Shown: positions 1 to 12,915 of the stretch, in pieces | Layout of the letters: every line of letters starts with the position of its first letter | How positions within the stretch are numbered: the stretch's first letter is position 1 | NCBI GenBank assembly: GCA_025786725.1 | Contig: JAHLTZ010000028.1 | Location: 186,001 to 250,000, forward strand | Source of the DNA: Syncephalis fuscata S228 | Lineage: Eukaryota; Fungi; Zoopagomycota | Length of the DNA: 64,000 nucleotides | Reading direction: 5' to 3' | Made by a program: the position numbers and the translations under genes | Notes under the pieces: generated by a model | The model's database searches: none | What the model saw: the letters and a program-made list of their open reading frames with translations, nothing else | What the model was told of the DNA's origin: nothing

Positions 1-700
1 GTAGCATTGAATATATAGTAGAAATATCTTACTATCTCGGAGATGGACCATGTAATGGCCATCATCGTATAGGACCAATGTTGTTGCACCTCAGCCGCGC
101 CCAAATTACGACTGATCAACATTACAACCAAAAAACGCACCAGTGTTTGCATAGCTGTAGTGGCCACGCCTGCCTTTACCAATCCTAAATAAAATTAGTT
201 GTTAACCAAGCCATTTGTCTATACTATTGTCTTGTTTACCAAATCCTGCATGAGCAATCTGTGAATACACAAACCAACAATAAAGCACCACGATTAGCAG
301 TTAATAGCAGTAACCTATAGCGCTATTTACCTCTAAACAGGCAGTAAGAGTAAGAAGCTGAACCCAGCTACTAATGACACTATAAGATGTCCATATGGCT
401 TCTCAAGCCCGGCCGATTGCACATAGCCGCAAAACACGCCAAAAACAAACAGCCAACCAAACACGAAAGACCGTTGTAGCCGACCAAATATATACGAGCT
501 GTATAACAAAAGGTTTGTATTATAGATTCATTTATGAGCTAGCAACTTAGACACTTTGGCTTACCAGTGTTGCTATTAAACCAGGAACTAAAAGGATTCT
601 TTTTGAAGTTGGGAACAGGACGTTCCTCGTTCATTAGAGCCGATATAACATCAGACTTGGAGGTCGGTGCCGGTGTTTGTTGGGTTTTCCGTTGTGACAT
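1..700 (-). CDS. PHS1: Very-long-chain 3-hydroxyacyl-CoA dehydratase (PTPLA/HACD), multi-exon, 3' end outside window
   Basis: Minus-strand exons give MSQRKTQQ... and ...GLVKAGVATTAMQTLVRFLVV...YTMMAITWSISEIVRYFYY, the WSIxEIVRYxYY catalytic motif of Phs1/HACD; short GT-AG introns. Confidence 0.8.
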
Positions 701-1572
701 GGTGAATAGAAAGTATAGGCGATGTACAAACAAGCACACAGATACGCTATAGTAGCTATAACTACGTATATAACTAATACATGGATAGACGTCATTTTTT
801 GATCACGTGAGCATCTTGCTCAGTATTGCGCAAATAAGCAGCAAGATCCAGCTTGTAATCTTTGCACTACATATTACTTATTGCATAATTAGTACTAGCT
901 AATATTGATGCTGTTATTTAATGATTACTATTTAGTAGTTTAAAATAAAATACTATCATTATTGGTTATAATATTTTTGATTTTAAAGTTGATAAACTCC
1001 AAGAAATATTAGCTTCTTTGAAACCGATCCGGTATAATACCACTCAATGTAGACTACCAAGAATATGTTTAATTCAAAGCAGCAGCCAAGTCACGATTCC
1101 ACAATTTTGCGCCGATAAAAGTTTCATAAGTTTTTTTACAATCTTGGTTTGCGCAGCTACAAGCAATTTAGATGCAAGAATAAAATATTTATTTTGTGTT
1201 CAGTCTATAAATTATAGTATCATAGAAGCCCATGACACTTTACTTTTGGATTATTGCAACGCTGATACGACGTGGATTATCGACTATTTTAAATGTTTCT
1301 AAACTTTGAGATTGACAAGTAGGACAGGTCTTAGAGCTGTTGTATTTATCAGTTAAAAGCACATTAAAACACTCTTTTGAAGCATACGCTTAAGCCAGCA
1401 CCTCAAATAGGTTTTTGAAAATTTACATGACTTGTAGACCAGCTACCAAATACCAAGTAGCATTACTATCAAACTTTGATTTAAACTTATTGACAAGCTT
1501 TTGGTCAGCTTGCTGTCGTTAATGTACAAAAATAGTTTTAGTTTTTTGAACAGCTAGTTTTGTTGATAGGAT

Positions 1573-2400
1573 CTATATTTGTTTGATAAGTGTAATATGG
1601 TGCAAGATATTGGCTGGCAACAGCACAGACGGCAAGATATTCTTCAAAATTAGATAAATTAACAGATCTGGTTTGACATTAAGACAATAATATTTTTTCT
1701 TTGAACATCGGGATAGTTTGCCTTCAATTCCAATCTGATTCTGCAATACTTCTTGTCCCCCGGTAGCAAAATGCCTTTGATTTGAAGTATCTCTGTAGGT
1801 CATTGGGTCTTGAATGGTGCCGGATTCGTGCATCCAATACATCAAGTCTCTTCTTTCGGTATCAATTAATAAACACTTGTTAGCAGTTAATTTTATATTA
1901 TTTCTGTCAATGTCGTTAATATACTGATATCATATCTATCTTTTTTGAATTTCTTTTTGGATTATAGCCTGGTTTGAATCTGTCTTTGGTGCTCTTGTTC
2001 TGCATCAATATAGAAACAACAACACTATCTGTTTGAATTGATCCTTGGAAACTTAGAGAGCCACGTTAAATGTTCCTAAACTTAAATGCCTTTTTTTGAG
2101 ATCGACAACTTGGCTCCAGGCATATATATTGTCTGGAAAATTAGCAGAATTTACATCTAAAATACATCGACACAAAATAAACGTATCAATCTGCATGTAG
2201 CCAGAAATCCAGATGTGCGCAAAGAAAAGCATTGTAAATAACTTAAATATCATTCTTCACCAATTTAGCTATTTGATAATATGCATTCATGTGTTTTTCA
2301 GGACAACTTTAGCGTTGTAGTATATGAATTCTGATAGAAACTTGTAATTTGGTGGATATGAGTCAAAGATTGGCTTGATTATGTCGCACATTGGTTGATA
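1573..2400 (-). pseudogene. Possible degraded lineage-specific gene
   Basis: Fragmentary ORFs (1573-1845, 2053-2253) with coding-like composition; no family recognised. Confidence 0.2.
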
Positions 2401-3240
2401 ATCGAGCTGATTTACTTAAGTTTTAAGGCAAATGGTTGTTTTAAATGGGCGCAGGCTTTGTAATATTTTTAAATAAAGCAGCTTTTATTGCTTCATTCAA
2501 GCATTTTAAAATTTATTGGTTCATCATTAAAACAGGCTTATTGAAAGAACGAGTTGTAAGTGAAAAAAAACTTGAGCGAAGAAATTTTGGTTGATACAAG
2601 AAGCAATATCAAAGGTACTATCAAACTCAATTTCTTGTAGAAAAATATATCGTGAAAAAATATGTATGAGTGACTAGTGTGTTGACAATACCAATAGGCA
2701 TTCCAAGAGATCTAAATATTCAGGCCTCCATCCAATTCCGTTTATGCTAGACTTTACAGTCTTAACTCGCAGCATAATGGAGTCCAAAGATATAATGAAG
2801 CTGAATACAACTAGTATTTAACAATGTAAAATAAAGGGAAAAGTTTATAATTGAGTAATATTTTTATAGATTGCCAAAATATCCACACATTTGCATTTTT
2901 ATATTCAATGTTATTTGTAACATGCAATGCTACCTCTACTATAATTAATGAATGCATAAATATCAATAAAATAATACCAATATTTACACTAACACGTGTT
3001 TAAGTAATCTTAATGGCATAGCCGTATCTTTTGGTCACGAGTCTTTTCGGTTACAATAATATCCTGAAGTCTGAGTTACACATTTGCCAATCCATTCCTA
3101 TTTGGTCCTCTATATCCATTTTGGTTTTAGAGAGCCGACTTATCTCACAGGTTATATTTAGCTACTATTTTCTCAACTAATTGACCATCCATAGTTTTCT
3201 GTTTCGCGCACTATTTTTTCACTGTACTGTTTTTTCAACG

Positions 3241-4384
3241 ATGTTCCATCGTATGCATGATGTCCGTCGAGATAGCGAAGTAGAGAAATACGTTTTTAAT
3301 TTTTATTTTATTAAGCTGCCTTTTACGGCAATACTATTTGGCATCATCGTTAATATAATACTGGGAGGGTTCATGGATTGAGATACGCCAAAACCAAATC
3401 CATGAGTCATTTAATATGTCTACTTCTTATTTCATGTAAAATAGCAACTAATGATTATTGATACTTCAAAACTAACACAAACTATAGTTCAATGCTTAGT
3501 GTTTGTACTTATGACTCTAGGATTTGATGTTGACTATCAACGCAATCTGTCATTAACCATTGGGCTTGCTCTAACAAACTACTACACCCTTCAATGGTAA
3601 ACGCAATAGTTTGAAATCCAAGCATATAAATAGATATTGATACTTGTATTTACCAGGGGCAAATCAATGCGACGCCACATAGGAAGAGGCAGAGTTATTT
3701 TTATTCGGTGTTCATGCTACATTCTGTGGGCGCTTTATTTTGCGGCAGGTGTAATAAGTACTACCGTTGTTACTGTGCCGCTATTCTATTTCCTCACTGA
3801 AGTCGGTATATCGTGGGCAATTGTTGCATGTACTGCTCATGGTATTTATATGGCTGGTGCCTTCTACAGTATTGGCATAACTATATGGTACTTTACTCTA
3901 CTGCCTAAAGCCGCACCTTTACACGATCGAATCAAGAAAACGGTCCGTTTACTAATAGAATATAAACAGTATACTGACAGTTTGTTTAGCAAGTAAGACG
4001 ATTACTGGACTTTTATGGCATCTTGTTTCTAGTAACTATTTTATGTTGACGCATGCAGCGGTTTATACACCAGCCATATTCATTTTCTACCATGCAGTTG
4101 CTTTATTTCCAAGTAATGCATTACAACATTTTGGAACATCACCCGAAGATTACGAAGAATTGCTATTACTATTAGAAGCATCAGCATCATGTTCTAATCC
4201 AATGAAACCACCAATGCCTGGAGCATCTTATGTTTCAATCAATGATACTAAATTTGATACAAACTATCCTATGCGGCCCGTACCAACAATAGTAGCAACA
4301 TCAGCATCATCATTGCCACCACCACCATATATATCCCTATTCAATTATAGTGTAACCGAAAAGCCTCTAAGTAAATTGAACTAG
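3241..4384 (+). CDS. Multi-pass (about 7 TM) receptor-like/RTA1-like membrane protein with Pro-rich tail; two apparent 1-nt frameshifts
   Basis: Spliced model: ...ILGG[fs]HGLRYAKTKSMSHLICLLLIS|FQCLVFVLMTLG...TLQW|GKSMRRHIGRG...KKT|QVRRLLDFYGILFLVTI[fs]MLTHAAVY...PPPPY; several hydrophobic helices; similar to the gene at 57495. Confidence 0.6.
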
Positions 4385-4572
4385 AATAAACAACTATTTT
4401 TATACAACTATAAAACTGTTCATTATAACAAATGCTTTATTCTTGTTTGTGTTTACATTTTGATAAACTAAATAAAATGTCCATATTCAACGGTTAGCAA
4501 ATCGCCAATTTTATTCTTATTATTTTACACTTGGCACTTTTCGTAATAGTAATCCTAAAGTTAAATTACAGT

Positions 4573-4940
4573 ATGGACGCCGTGTTCAAAGCACCCTCTT
4601 CAGATAGCTATGAAGTGAGTAATGAATAAGAATACTGACTCTTTCTAACCGCGAATTGGTTCAGGACCGGTCTCTTGTTATATCCTTACAAAAGGCGCGT
4701 GCTTCTATGCAAGTATTGAGCGATTCGATTGAAGATATGCTTCAAGTAGGCAGTAATAGCGTATATTTGCAATTAAATTAACGAAAGTCTAGAATCTAGA
4801 AAGCATGGCTGACAATTACGAAGAATTAGCTCGTAAGTCGTAGAATTAACTAGACACATAAACATTGATCATATTTAATAGAAATGGGAGATAGTTGGGC
4901 ATCGGTTGTTGGTAGTAAGAAGACAAAACCATCTAAATAA
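4573..4940 (+). CDS. 73-aa coiled-coil protein, DASH/Dam1 kinetochore subunit-like (Dad2-type); 4 exons
   Basis: Exons 4573-4614, 4665-4745, 4793-4832, 4882-4940 with GT-AG introns join in frame: MDAVFKAPSSDSYEDRSLVISLQKARASMQVLSDSIEDMLQNLESMADNYEELAQMGDSWASVVGSKKTKPSK. Heptad pattern ending in a Trp matches Dad2-like subunits as recalled. Confidence 0.65.
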
Positions 4941-4960
4941 ACATAGTAGATGATTGTTTA

Positions 4961-6329
4961 TTATGTTGATGAATTGATATTAAGACGATTAACATCGTTG
5001 GAAAGCGAATCTTGTACATTGTCGCTATCATTATCTGTTTCATCATCATCATCATCATCATCATCATCGTCTTCATCGTCCTCATCTTCATTCCATTCAG
5101 CATGATTTGGATTATGAAATAATAGATCATCATCGCTATTATCCTCATCAGTATTTTCTTGGCTGTTATTTGGATCTTCTTTATATAACTGTATAAGTTA
5201 CTTTAATTAAAGCGTATTCTTTACTTACTAGGTTTTGTTTTGGATTGTCGGCTTTCTGCGTGTTCTTTTCCAACATAGCTAGCCATTCGTTTTGTGCGCG
5301 TACAACATCTGCAGAGTCTGTACACTGTGAATATTTATCCAATAGTTCTCTATGTAGGTATAAATACAATAATATAATATAATATGGTAAGCCTACTGGT
5401 TAAGTTGACGGAAACTGTGTCCCCATTTAAATCGGGACATCACTGCATCGCCGTATTCCCAGTGTCCTAGATAATTGTAATTATTTATCAATCATATAGT
5501 GTAAATCAAACTTACCTGTAATATAAAATGATGCAGCATATGCCTCGGCACAATTTAGTCGCCATGGTTTGCCATAATTAACAGGTTGGCTGCTACAAGA
5601 TACGGTACTATATATGTATGTATATATATATGCATTGTCAGCATTCTAATATTATATTCATGTTAATAAATAAATTTCCATACTTACATAAACGATCGTG
5701 GCGTGTGCGTAGTCGTGCAAATGGCACCTCGTCGAGTTTGGCCCACGAACATTCAACAACACACAAGCCATGATCGGCCACAATATCTTTATCAGCCGGT
5801 GACACAGCCTGTTGACCTTTTGGACTGCATAGATGTTAGTTTGATTAATTACTACCAACATTTATAATCTATCGCTCTACCTGAGTACAATACCACGGAA
5901 TCCCTGATTGACACGCAACGAACGCACCCAACCAACTCGCTCCAATCGTTTACCGCTGCATCTGCGTGGATCACATTGTTCAAAATCCTATAATGTTCAT
6001 GATAATGTCATTAACAAAATATACTATTAATACTAGTTTTATTTATGATGGTGGCGGATATAACGTGGACACGCTTCCTTACCTACCCACATGGCCAGTG
6101 GCACTGGAAATGGCGTATTGCCATCAATAGTCCCTGAATCGACATTGGGCGGTAGTTCGTCGGTTGCTGCGTCATGGTAATTGCGTTTACTTAGATGGCG
6201 GGTAGCTGCTGAACCCTTTCCACCGCGAGTACGACGTGCACCACCGCCGTTGCCTTCTCCGCCTGCTGCTCTACGGCCATGTGCAATCGTATGGCCAGTG
6301 TCAAAATCGCGGTTTGATTTCTTGCCCAT
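4961..6329 (-). CDS. TSR3: 18S rRNA aminocarboxypropyltransferase, multi-exon
   Basis: PVPLAMW|[19 protein letters not shown]; [26 protein letters not shown]; acidic Asp-rich C-terminus. Confidence 0.93.
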
Positions 6330-6763
6330 AATAACAATGCAGTATAAAAAGAGTAGATTACTGAGCAGAACAAATGAAACGTAAAAAGTTTACTGTTGTA
6401 GTAATATGAATAAAAATAAAATAAAACTACAATTGTAATTTAATCTGAAAGACTATAAATATGAACCTATCGGCTTACTCTTCCTATTTAATCCCATCCA
6501 AAGACTAGCTCAAAGTAAGCAAAGAGCTAGGACATTATGCAAAGAATGATGGCCCATATATAAAAGCTTTTCTGTTCTAAAATAGCTTAGATTTGTGAAC
6601 AATTTAATCAGTCATGTCTAATTAGTGTATTTCAAATTATTTGTAGTCCATTAATTTAAAAGTTATAACGTTCATTTCATGACACTGTACTACACCAATC
6701 TGAATATATAACTGAATTGTTTAATAAATTGAATATTTTCCGCCACAATATTTGATATAAAAG

Positions 6764-7740
6764 TTAGATTTGCTTGCAAAGCGTTGGCAAGTGTTTTTCA
6801 CAATTATCAGGAATGTTAATTGATCCACCTGGAGCCATGGCACCTGTGAACAGGGCCAGGCATGAGTTTTGATGAGTATCTCCATTATACGCGCGAACCC
6901 AAGTGGCAGAGAAGCTGCCGCTACAGTGGAAGGCCAATGATGTAGCCTCGATAAAATTGTTTACCGACACATCTGCCAATGCCAAATCCATTCCTTGCGA
7001 TCGGCAAAGAGAGCGTGCTTTGCTAAATGGTACTTGAGGATGTGTAATAACTATCAGAGATGATGAGTGATCATTCGGGCCTGTACAGTAGATTGGTTCT
7101 TCGTCTTCGTACTTTTGCCGGTAGTTGAAAGAATGGGGCGATTTTCTATCCGCTGAAATCATTCTGTCCTTTGATACCTTATCGACTGGAGAGATGCTTC
7201 CAATTGCTGTCGGATCATCCAAGATAGCGCTGTTAGGCAAGGGCGGTGTCATAGAGCTGGGAGAGATGGCTAGTAGCGGCGATAAGTTGAGAATGGCAGC
7301 CGACATCGATGCAGATGTTTGAATGACAGAAAACAATGCCATATCACCAGAATTTGGGTTTATTTGTTGAGCAGAGGGAAAATTGATCGTAGGAGCGATA
7401 GGGGTGCTGACATTCGGCGTAGTATCCACTGTTTGCTGGCGTAGATAATTCAAAAGTAAAACTAGCGGCTCCTGTTGTTTTGAGCCATTTGAGCTTTTTG
7501 ATCAATGTTTTTTGGTTCTTCCAACTCGTCTAGTTCAAATTCGTCTTCGGCGTCGTCATTATCGGTACTGATGGATGGAATTGATGGCCGTGGCTTTTCT
7601 ACTGGCTTAGCAGGCGCTCTTCCGGCAATGCCCATATCAGCACCAATACCGACAAATGAATTTGCTTTATTGGCACTAATTGCCAAAGGCAAAACTAGTG
7701 CTGTAATAGTCAAACAGATGTACAAGCTAGAAATATGCAT
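6764..7740 (-). CDS. Secreted protein with Ser/Pro-rich linker and C-terminal C-type-lectin-like domain; frameshift near 7460
   Basis: Signal peptide MHISSLYICLTITALVLPLAISA; C-terminal domain FSKARSLCRSQGMDLA...WVRAYNGD...CLAL...NCEKHLPTLC has CTL-fold Cys/Trp spacing. Confidence 0.65.
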
Positions 7741-9534
7741 TGTTGAATAAAAAGTGAGTGTTTACAATATTTTTACAGTACTTGAATGCAATTAAATTTT
7801 ATGAATTTATAGCCTATTGTTTTTTGCTAAAATGCGCCAACAATAACAGTTGTTTGTTTTGCTACTGATACTAGGCGACGAAAACTCAGCTGTGACGTTA
7901 AAAATACCATGGTAACTAGCTGTTGATGTTTCGTTTCCTAGATACTTGCTCTTTTTTTGCTAAAAGCACGTGTATGTGTAACTAATGTTGTTGAATTACA
8001 TATAAATTACACAATAAGCATAAAATTAATGTATTTTGTATAATACTTTTAGCTGAATGTTGCTATTTTTACATCATGTGCTGACTTTTATAAGTCAAAT
8101 TGTAGCAAGTTTTTATTTCAGTGTTTTACAACGATTAAATTAATAAATATTTAAATATCGATATTTTTGCTCATTTCTAAAATAAAACAATTTTAGTCAC
8201 AAATGGTGCTTCTAGGTGTTTATAACTACTTGAAGCAAGTTTTGTTCTAAACAAAAGCTATATATTGTATTACATCATTAAACAATAAATTGGGCCAACA
8301 TTAAGAAGGCTATTACATAAGTGTGATCCCAATGTGCAATGTTACCACACAGTTAATCGCCCATTATTAATCAATTTTTTGAGCTTTTATAGTAATTTTG
8401 CTCAAAACTATTTATATGAGCTTTGGCATTCTTCTGAGATTACCTAAGAAGCACCTACAGCTTGACGATCTTTTTAAATGAGACACACACTTGAGTTATA
8501 TGACGAATATCTGAGGTATTAGTTAAGAACTGGGACAGATATATTATGGTATAGTTTTATTTCAACCCTATTAGCGCGACGGAATAATAAGGATAAAAAT
8601 AAAATATTTTTAATTTCTTGTAAATACAAAATTGCTTTATTACGAGGCTATATGACAAATGAGTCTAGCAGTGTTAATACAAAATGCAAAAAACGATTAG
8701 ATTTTACATTATCCAGTATGCATCAATAGCATTTCCCCTATAGACTTCACATTACTATAGATTGTTCCATTAGATACGTCCCATTCATTATATATTTAGC
8801 ACACTTTGCTTATTTTATTTATTGCGTAATATACAATATAATTTCAACACTTTTAATTGTATATTGTTTTGTCATATAATAGCTACATTGAGTCACTATA
8901 TATGTTAGATTATCTATATAGCTTTACTGCGTACTGGATAATTACAGGCTTGTGTATGACTATCCAGCCTTTATACAATACAGTATCTATAAATCAATAC
9001 TGTTTTACATATATTAGTGATCTTGTTTACAGTATCGCGCATAGTAGTCACAATTAATAGCCAACAATATAAATATATTATTAATAAAAAAGTTTAATAT
9101 CAATAAGCGTGATCAAAAGTATAATACAAGCACTAGCTAAATCATATGCCAGCTAACCTTATTGTCTATTTTACTTGATTATTATATAACATTACTCTAT
9201 GAATAACTAAAAAGTTCAAAATATTAGCATCAATAGCATGACTGTCCCGTTAATTTGATAGCACCAGGTGTATATTCGATAAAAACAAGCTACCTAATAT
9301 ACTATTTAATTCATCACTTATCCCCCAAGTTTTCGCCAGTACTACTTTTTTTTCGTTTTTAACAGCGCTCATGTGCACCATGTTGCTACAAGCCCTATAC
9401 TTAATTGTACCTGCACGGTTATGTGGTCTTGTGATAATAAATGTACGACTCATTTAGTTATAAAATAACTACCAACCCACTGCCATTTTTTTCACTCACT
9501 ATACTGCCATTTATCCCACGCTTGTCTAGCTATT

Positions 9535-10219
9535 ATGAATTTTTTATTAAAAACACTTATTCCGCTCCTGGTCCTCGTGGGTGCAGCCACGGGACAGACA
9601 CCAAACAATAATAACACCATATCTGTAATTAAAACTTGGGAGTTTTCAAAAAGCTGCCAAGAAGCTTTAGCAATTTATTACCAAAATGTTTTGGTTCTTT
9701 AGCAAAAGCCATGGAGTCTCGTAAAATGAAATCAGTTTGTGAGGCGCCTATTGATGGTGCTAACGACCATTTTTGCACGGATAATCAAATGAATAAAGCG
9801 CTCGACTTAATCGAGAGCTCGTGCAAAGACGACCTGGCAAAAAACACACCGGACGTTCAAGAAATTTATGCAGACTGGCTGATCTACCCGCTAAATAGAG
9901 AGATCTTCTGCCAAAAAGATACAAGTGGATCGTATTGTATTGAAAAGCCAAAGAATGTCACCGAAGCAGAGCTATGCCAAACTTGTGATCGTTCTTATAT
10001 TGAAGCAACACTCAAATGGAAGCCCACTCGATCAATCTTGCCTGCTGAGAAAATCATTAGTAAACAAATCGATTCGGCAAAAGAGTTGGCAAAAAACTGC
10101 AGTATCACTGTCAGTAGTTCCTCGTTCTCATTTGCAGGTACAGTTACTACATCTCCAATGCTGCAGTAATCGGTTCAACATCCCTTATTGTAATTGGTGC
10201 AATGCTATTTAGCCCTTAA
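9535..10219 (+). CDS. Secreted Cys-rich protein, probably GPI-anchored, paralogue 1 (intronless; two apparent frameshifts)
   Basis: MNFLLKTLIPLLVLVGAATGQ signal; 10 Cys including CxAPIDG..HFCTDNQ, SCKD, CxKDxxGSYC; Ser/Thr stalk; tail SNAAVIGSTSLIVIGAMLFSP in shifted frame. Confidence 0.75.
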
Positions 10220-10335
10220 CTATTTTTTGATAAATTATTCAGACTTATTAGTAATAGATTAATGAAAATGATATTGTCTAATCGCTTTTTGTTTTCTTTT
10301 TTTATGATTACTTGTGATCATCAGTTACTGACTAA

Positions 10336-11025
10336 ATATACGTTACTGATCAAGCCAAAGGATTAATCATTTCATAAGCAACGGCCAAATCACAAAAGTA
10401 TAGATTTAAGCTATACAACAGCCGATAGAAAGTCGCATGTATTAAATGCTTCATTACCTTGTGCAACGAACAATCAGCTCCTTTGTTCATATCTTACTAT
10501 AAATAATCATTAAACAAAGGCGTATAATTCTTTGTTATCATCAATAGCATGCTCCGCTTACTATTAACAATAAAACAAGCCTTTTACATTTTTTACCTGC
10601 GAGTTACCTGCAGCCACCAGTCACCAGCCAGCTGCCATGCTGAATGCTAAACCAGTTTGAATCTACTTTGTAGATGAAACAGTAGTATTTTTAAAATAAT
10701 TTACAATGACAGTTTCAGCAACAACCACCATTTAATTTATTTACAAGGTATAGATAATATTTTGCCTGAACTATTTTTAGCTGATATAGCATTGTATTAT
10801 TTACAGCGTTACATTAAGCTGCATCTACTTAGCTATAAAAACTTGTAATGAAACATGAATCAAATACAAAATAGCGCCAGTCTACTTTAGCTTTCTTACT
10901 TTTCTCTTAAACCATCTTATTTCGTATTGATCTAATCGCCATGCTTCTTTTATTTAAAACACTTATTCCACTTCTGGCTATTGTAGAGATAGTCATGGGA
11001 CAGACGTCAAATGCCAACAATACCG
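10336..11025 (+). repeat. Segmental duplication copy A (promoter plus signal-peptide codons)
   Basis: Near-identical to 12225-12915 (offset about 1889). Confidence 0.95.
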
Positions 11026-11664
11026 TTACCGTTGGATCTAAGTTTCAGATGTCTCAGAAAACTGTCGAAAAACGCTGATCAACAAAGAAATGTATGCGGC
11101 GTGTAGTAATTCCATATTAAAAGCTCAAGCGTCTGGTACAACTAAATCTCTCTGCAACGCACCCATTGATGGTAAAGCCGGTCATTTTTGTACAAATGAT
11201 CAAATTATTAAAGCTCTTGAAATTTTGGAGAATTCGTGTAAAGACGAGTTGGAAAAAAAACATGAGTTAGTTTGGGAGCGTTACAGTGTCCTGCTGGAAT
11301 ATCCTTTAATAAGAGACCTCATTTGTAAAAAAGATCCTGATGGATCTTATTGTCTCGAAAACATGACTGACGAAGGCGTATTAATAAGCTGCCAGGTCTG
11401 CGAACTTTTTTTTCTCGAAGCAGTTTTCAATTGGAAACACATTCGATCAAACTCATTTGCCAAAAAAACCATTAGTGAAGAACGGAGCAATCCAAAACAC
11501 AGCTAGAACAATGTAATACACCTGTCAACAACACCTCATATTCATCTACAGATCCTGGTTACTTCTCTTATTCATTCACGGCTTCCAGCTACTACAACTT
11601 CGGTAACAATATGTCTGGTTAAACAACTTTTGTTGTAACAGGTGTCATACTATTCATTTTTTAG
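10941..11664 (+). CDS. Secreted Cys-rich protein, paralogue 2 (frameshifted)
   Basis: MLLLFKTLIPLLAIVEIVMGQ signal; ORF 11090-11506 shares the Cys framework; hydrophobic tail near 11620-11664; end approximate. Confidence 0.7.
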
Positions 11665-12224
11665 TTATTTTCTAATGCAATATCCAAGTTAATTAATTAT
11701 TATTAATAAAAAGTAACACAAGTTTACTTATTTCTTGTTTTATTTATGATTACTTGTAATGAACAGTCACTGACTAATTATGTTAAATACTAAATACTTT
11801 AAATATACTTTGCTTTTAAAGATAAATCAACATTATTTTAAAAATAACGCGAAATGCCAGCTTTAATTATAACTTGATTAGAAATAACCTGCTGCTTTAA
11901 TTATTCAGCATTCTCTATTGTGTGATTGAAATATAATCATTATTAGTTTAGTGTACAGTAAACAGCAGTAGTTTTAGTGTTATAAAATAATAGATAAGCC
12001 ATTTGTATATCGTTAACAAAAAAAATAAATAAAATATGTTAGCTGTACTTTATTTAATAATAAAATCGATACAATTCATCTATTTCCTTATATTTAAAAA
12101 TAGCACTAGAAATTAGTTTAATGCTATCCACTATAATAAAAAGCAGAAAACGAATAATTTATATTACTATATTTGGCAATCGTAATTTAAATGAAATAAT
12201 GAAATCATAGTAAATAATATCTAT

Positions 12225-12915
12225 ATATACGTTACTGATCAAGCCAAAGGATTAATCATTTCATAAGCAACGGCCAAATCACAATAAGTATAGATTTAAG
12301 CTATACAACAGCCGATAGAAAGTCGCGTGTATTAAATGCTTCATTACCTTGTGCAACGAACAATCAGCTCCTTTGTTCATATCTTACTATAAATAATCAT
12401 TAAACAAAGGCGTATAATTCTTTGTTATCATCAATAGCATGCTCCGCTTACTATTAACAATAAAACAAGCCTTTTACATTTTTTACCTGCGAGTTACCTG
12501 CAGCCACCAGTCACCAGCCCAGCCCATGCTGAATGCTAAACCAGTTTGAATCTACTTTGTAGATGAAACAGTAGTATTTTTAAAATAATTTACAATGGCA
12601 GTTTCAGCAACAACCACCATTTAATTCATTTACAAGGTATAGATAATATTTTGCCTGAACTATTTTTAGCTGATATAGCATTGTATTATTTACAGTGTTA
12701 CATTAAGCTGCATCTACTTAGCTATAAAAACTTGTAATGAAACATGAATCAAATACAAAATAGCGCCAGTCTACTTTAGCTTTCTTACTTTTCTCTCAAA
12801 CCATTTTATTTCGTATTGATCTAATCGCCATGCTTCTTTTATTTAAAACACTTATTCCACTTCTGGCTATTGTAGAGATAGTCATGGGACAGACGTCAAA
12901 TGCCAATAACACTAT
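12225..12915 (+). repeat. Segmental duplication copy B
   Basis: Near-identical to 10336-11025. Confidence 0.95.

Noticed and set aside
3379-3381. In-frame TGA as selenocysteine or readthrough
   Set aside because: Better explained by a 1-nt frameshift restoring the HGLRY motif; no SECIS identified.
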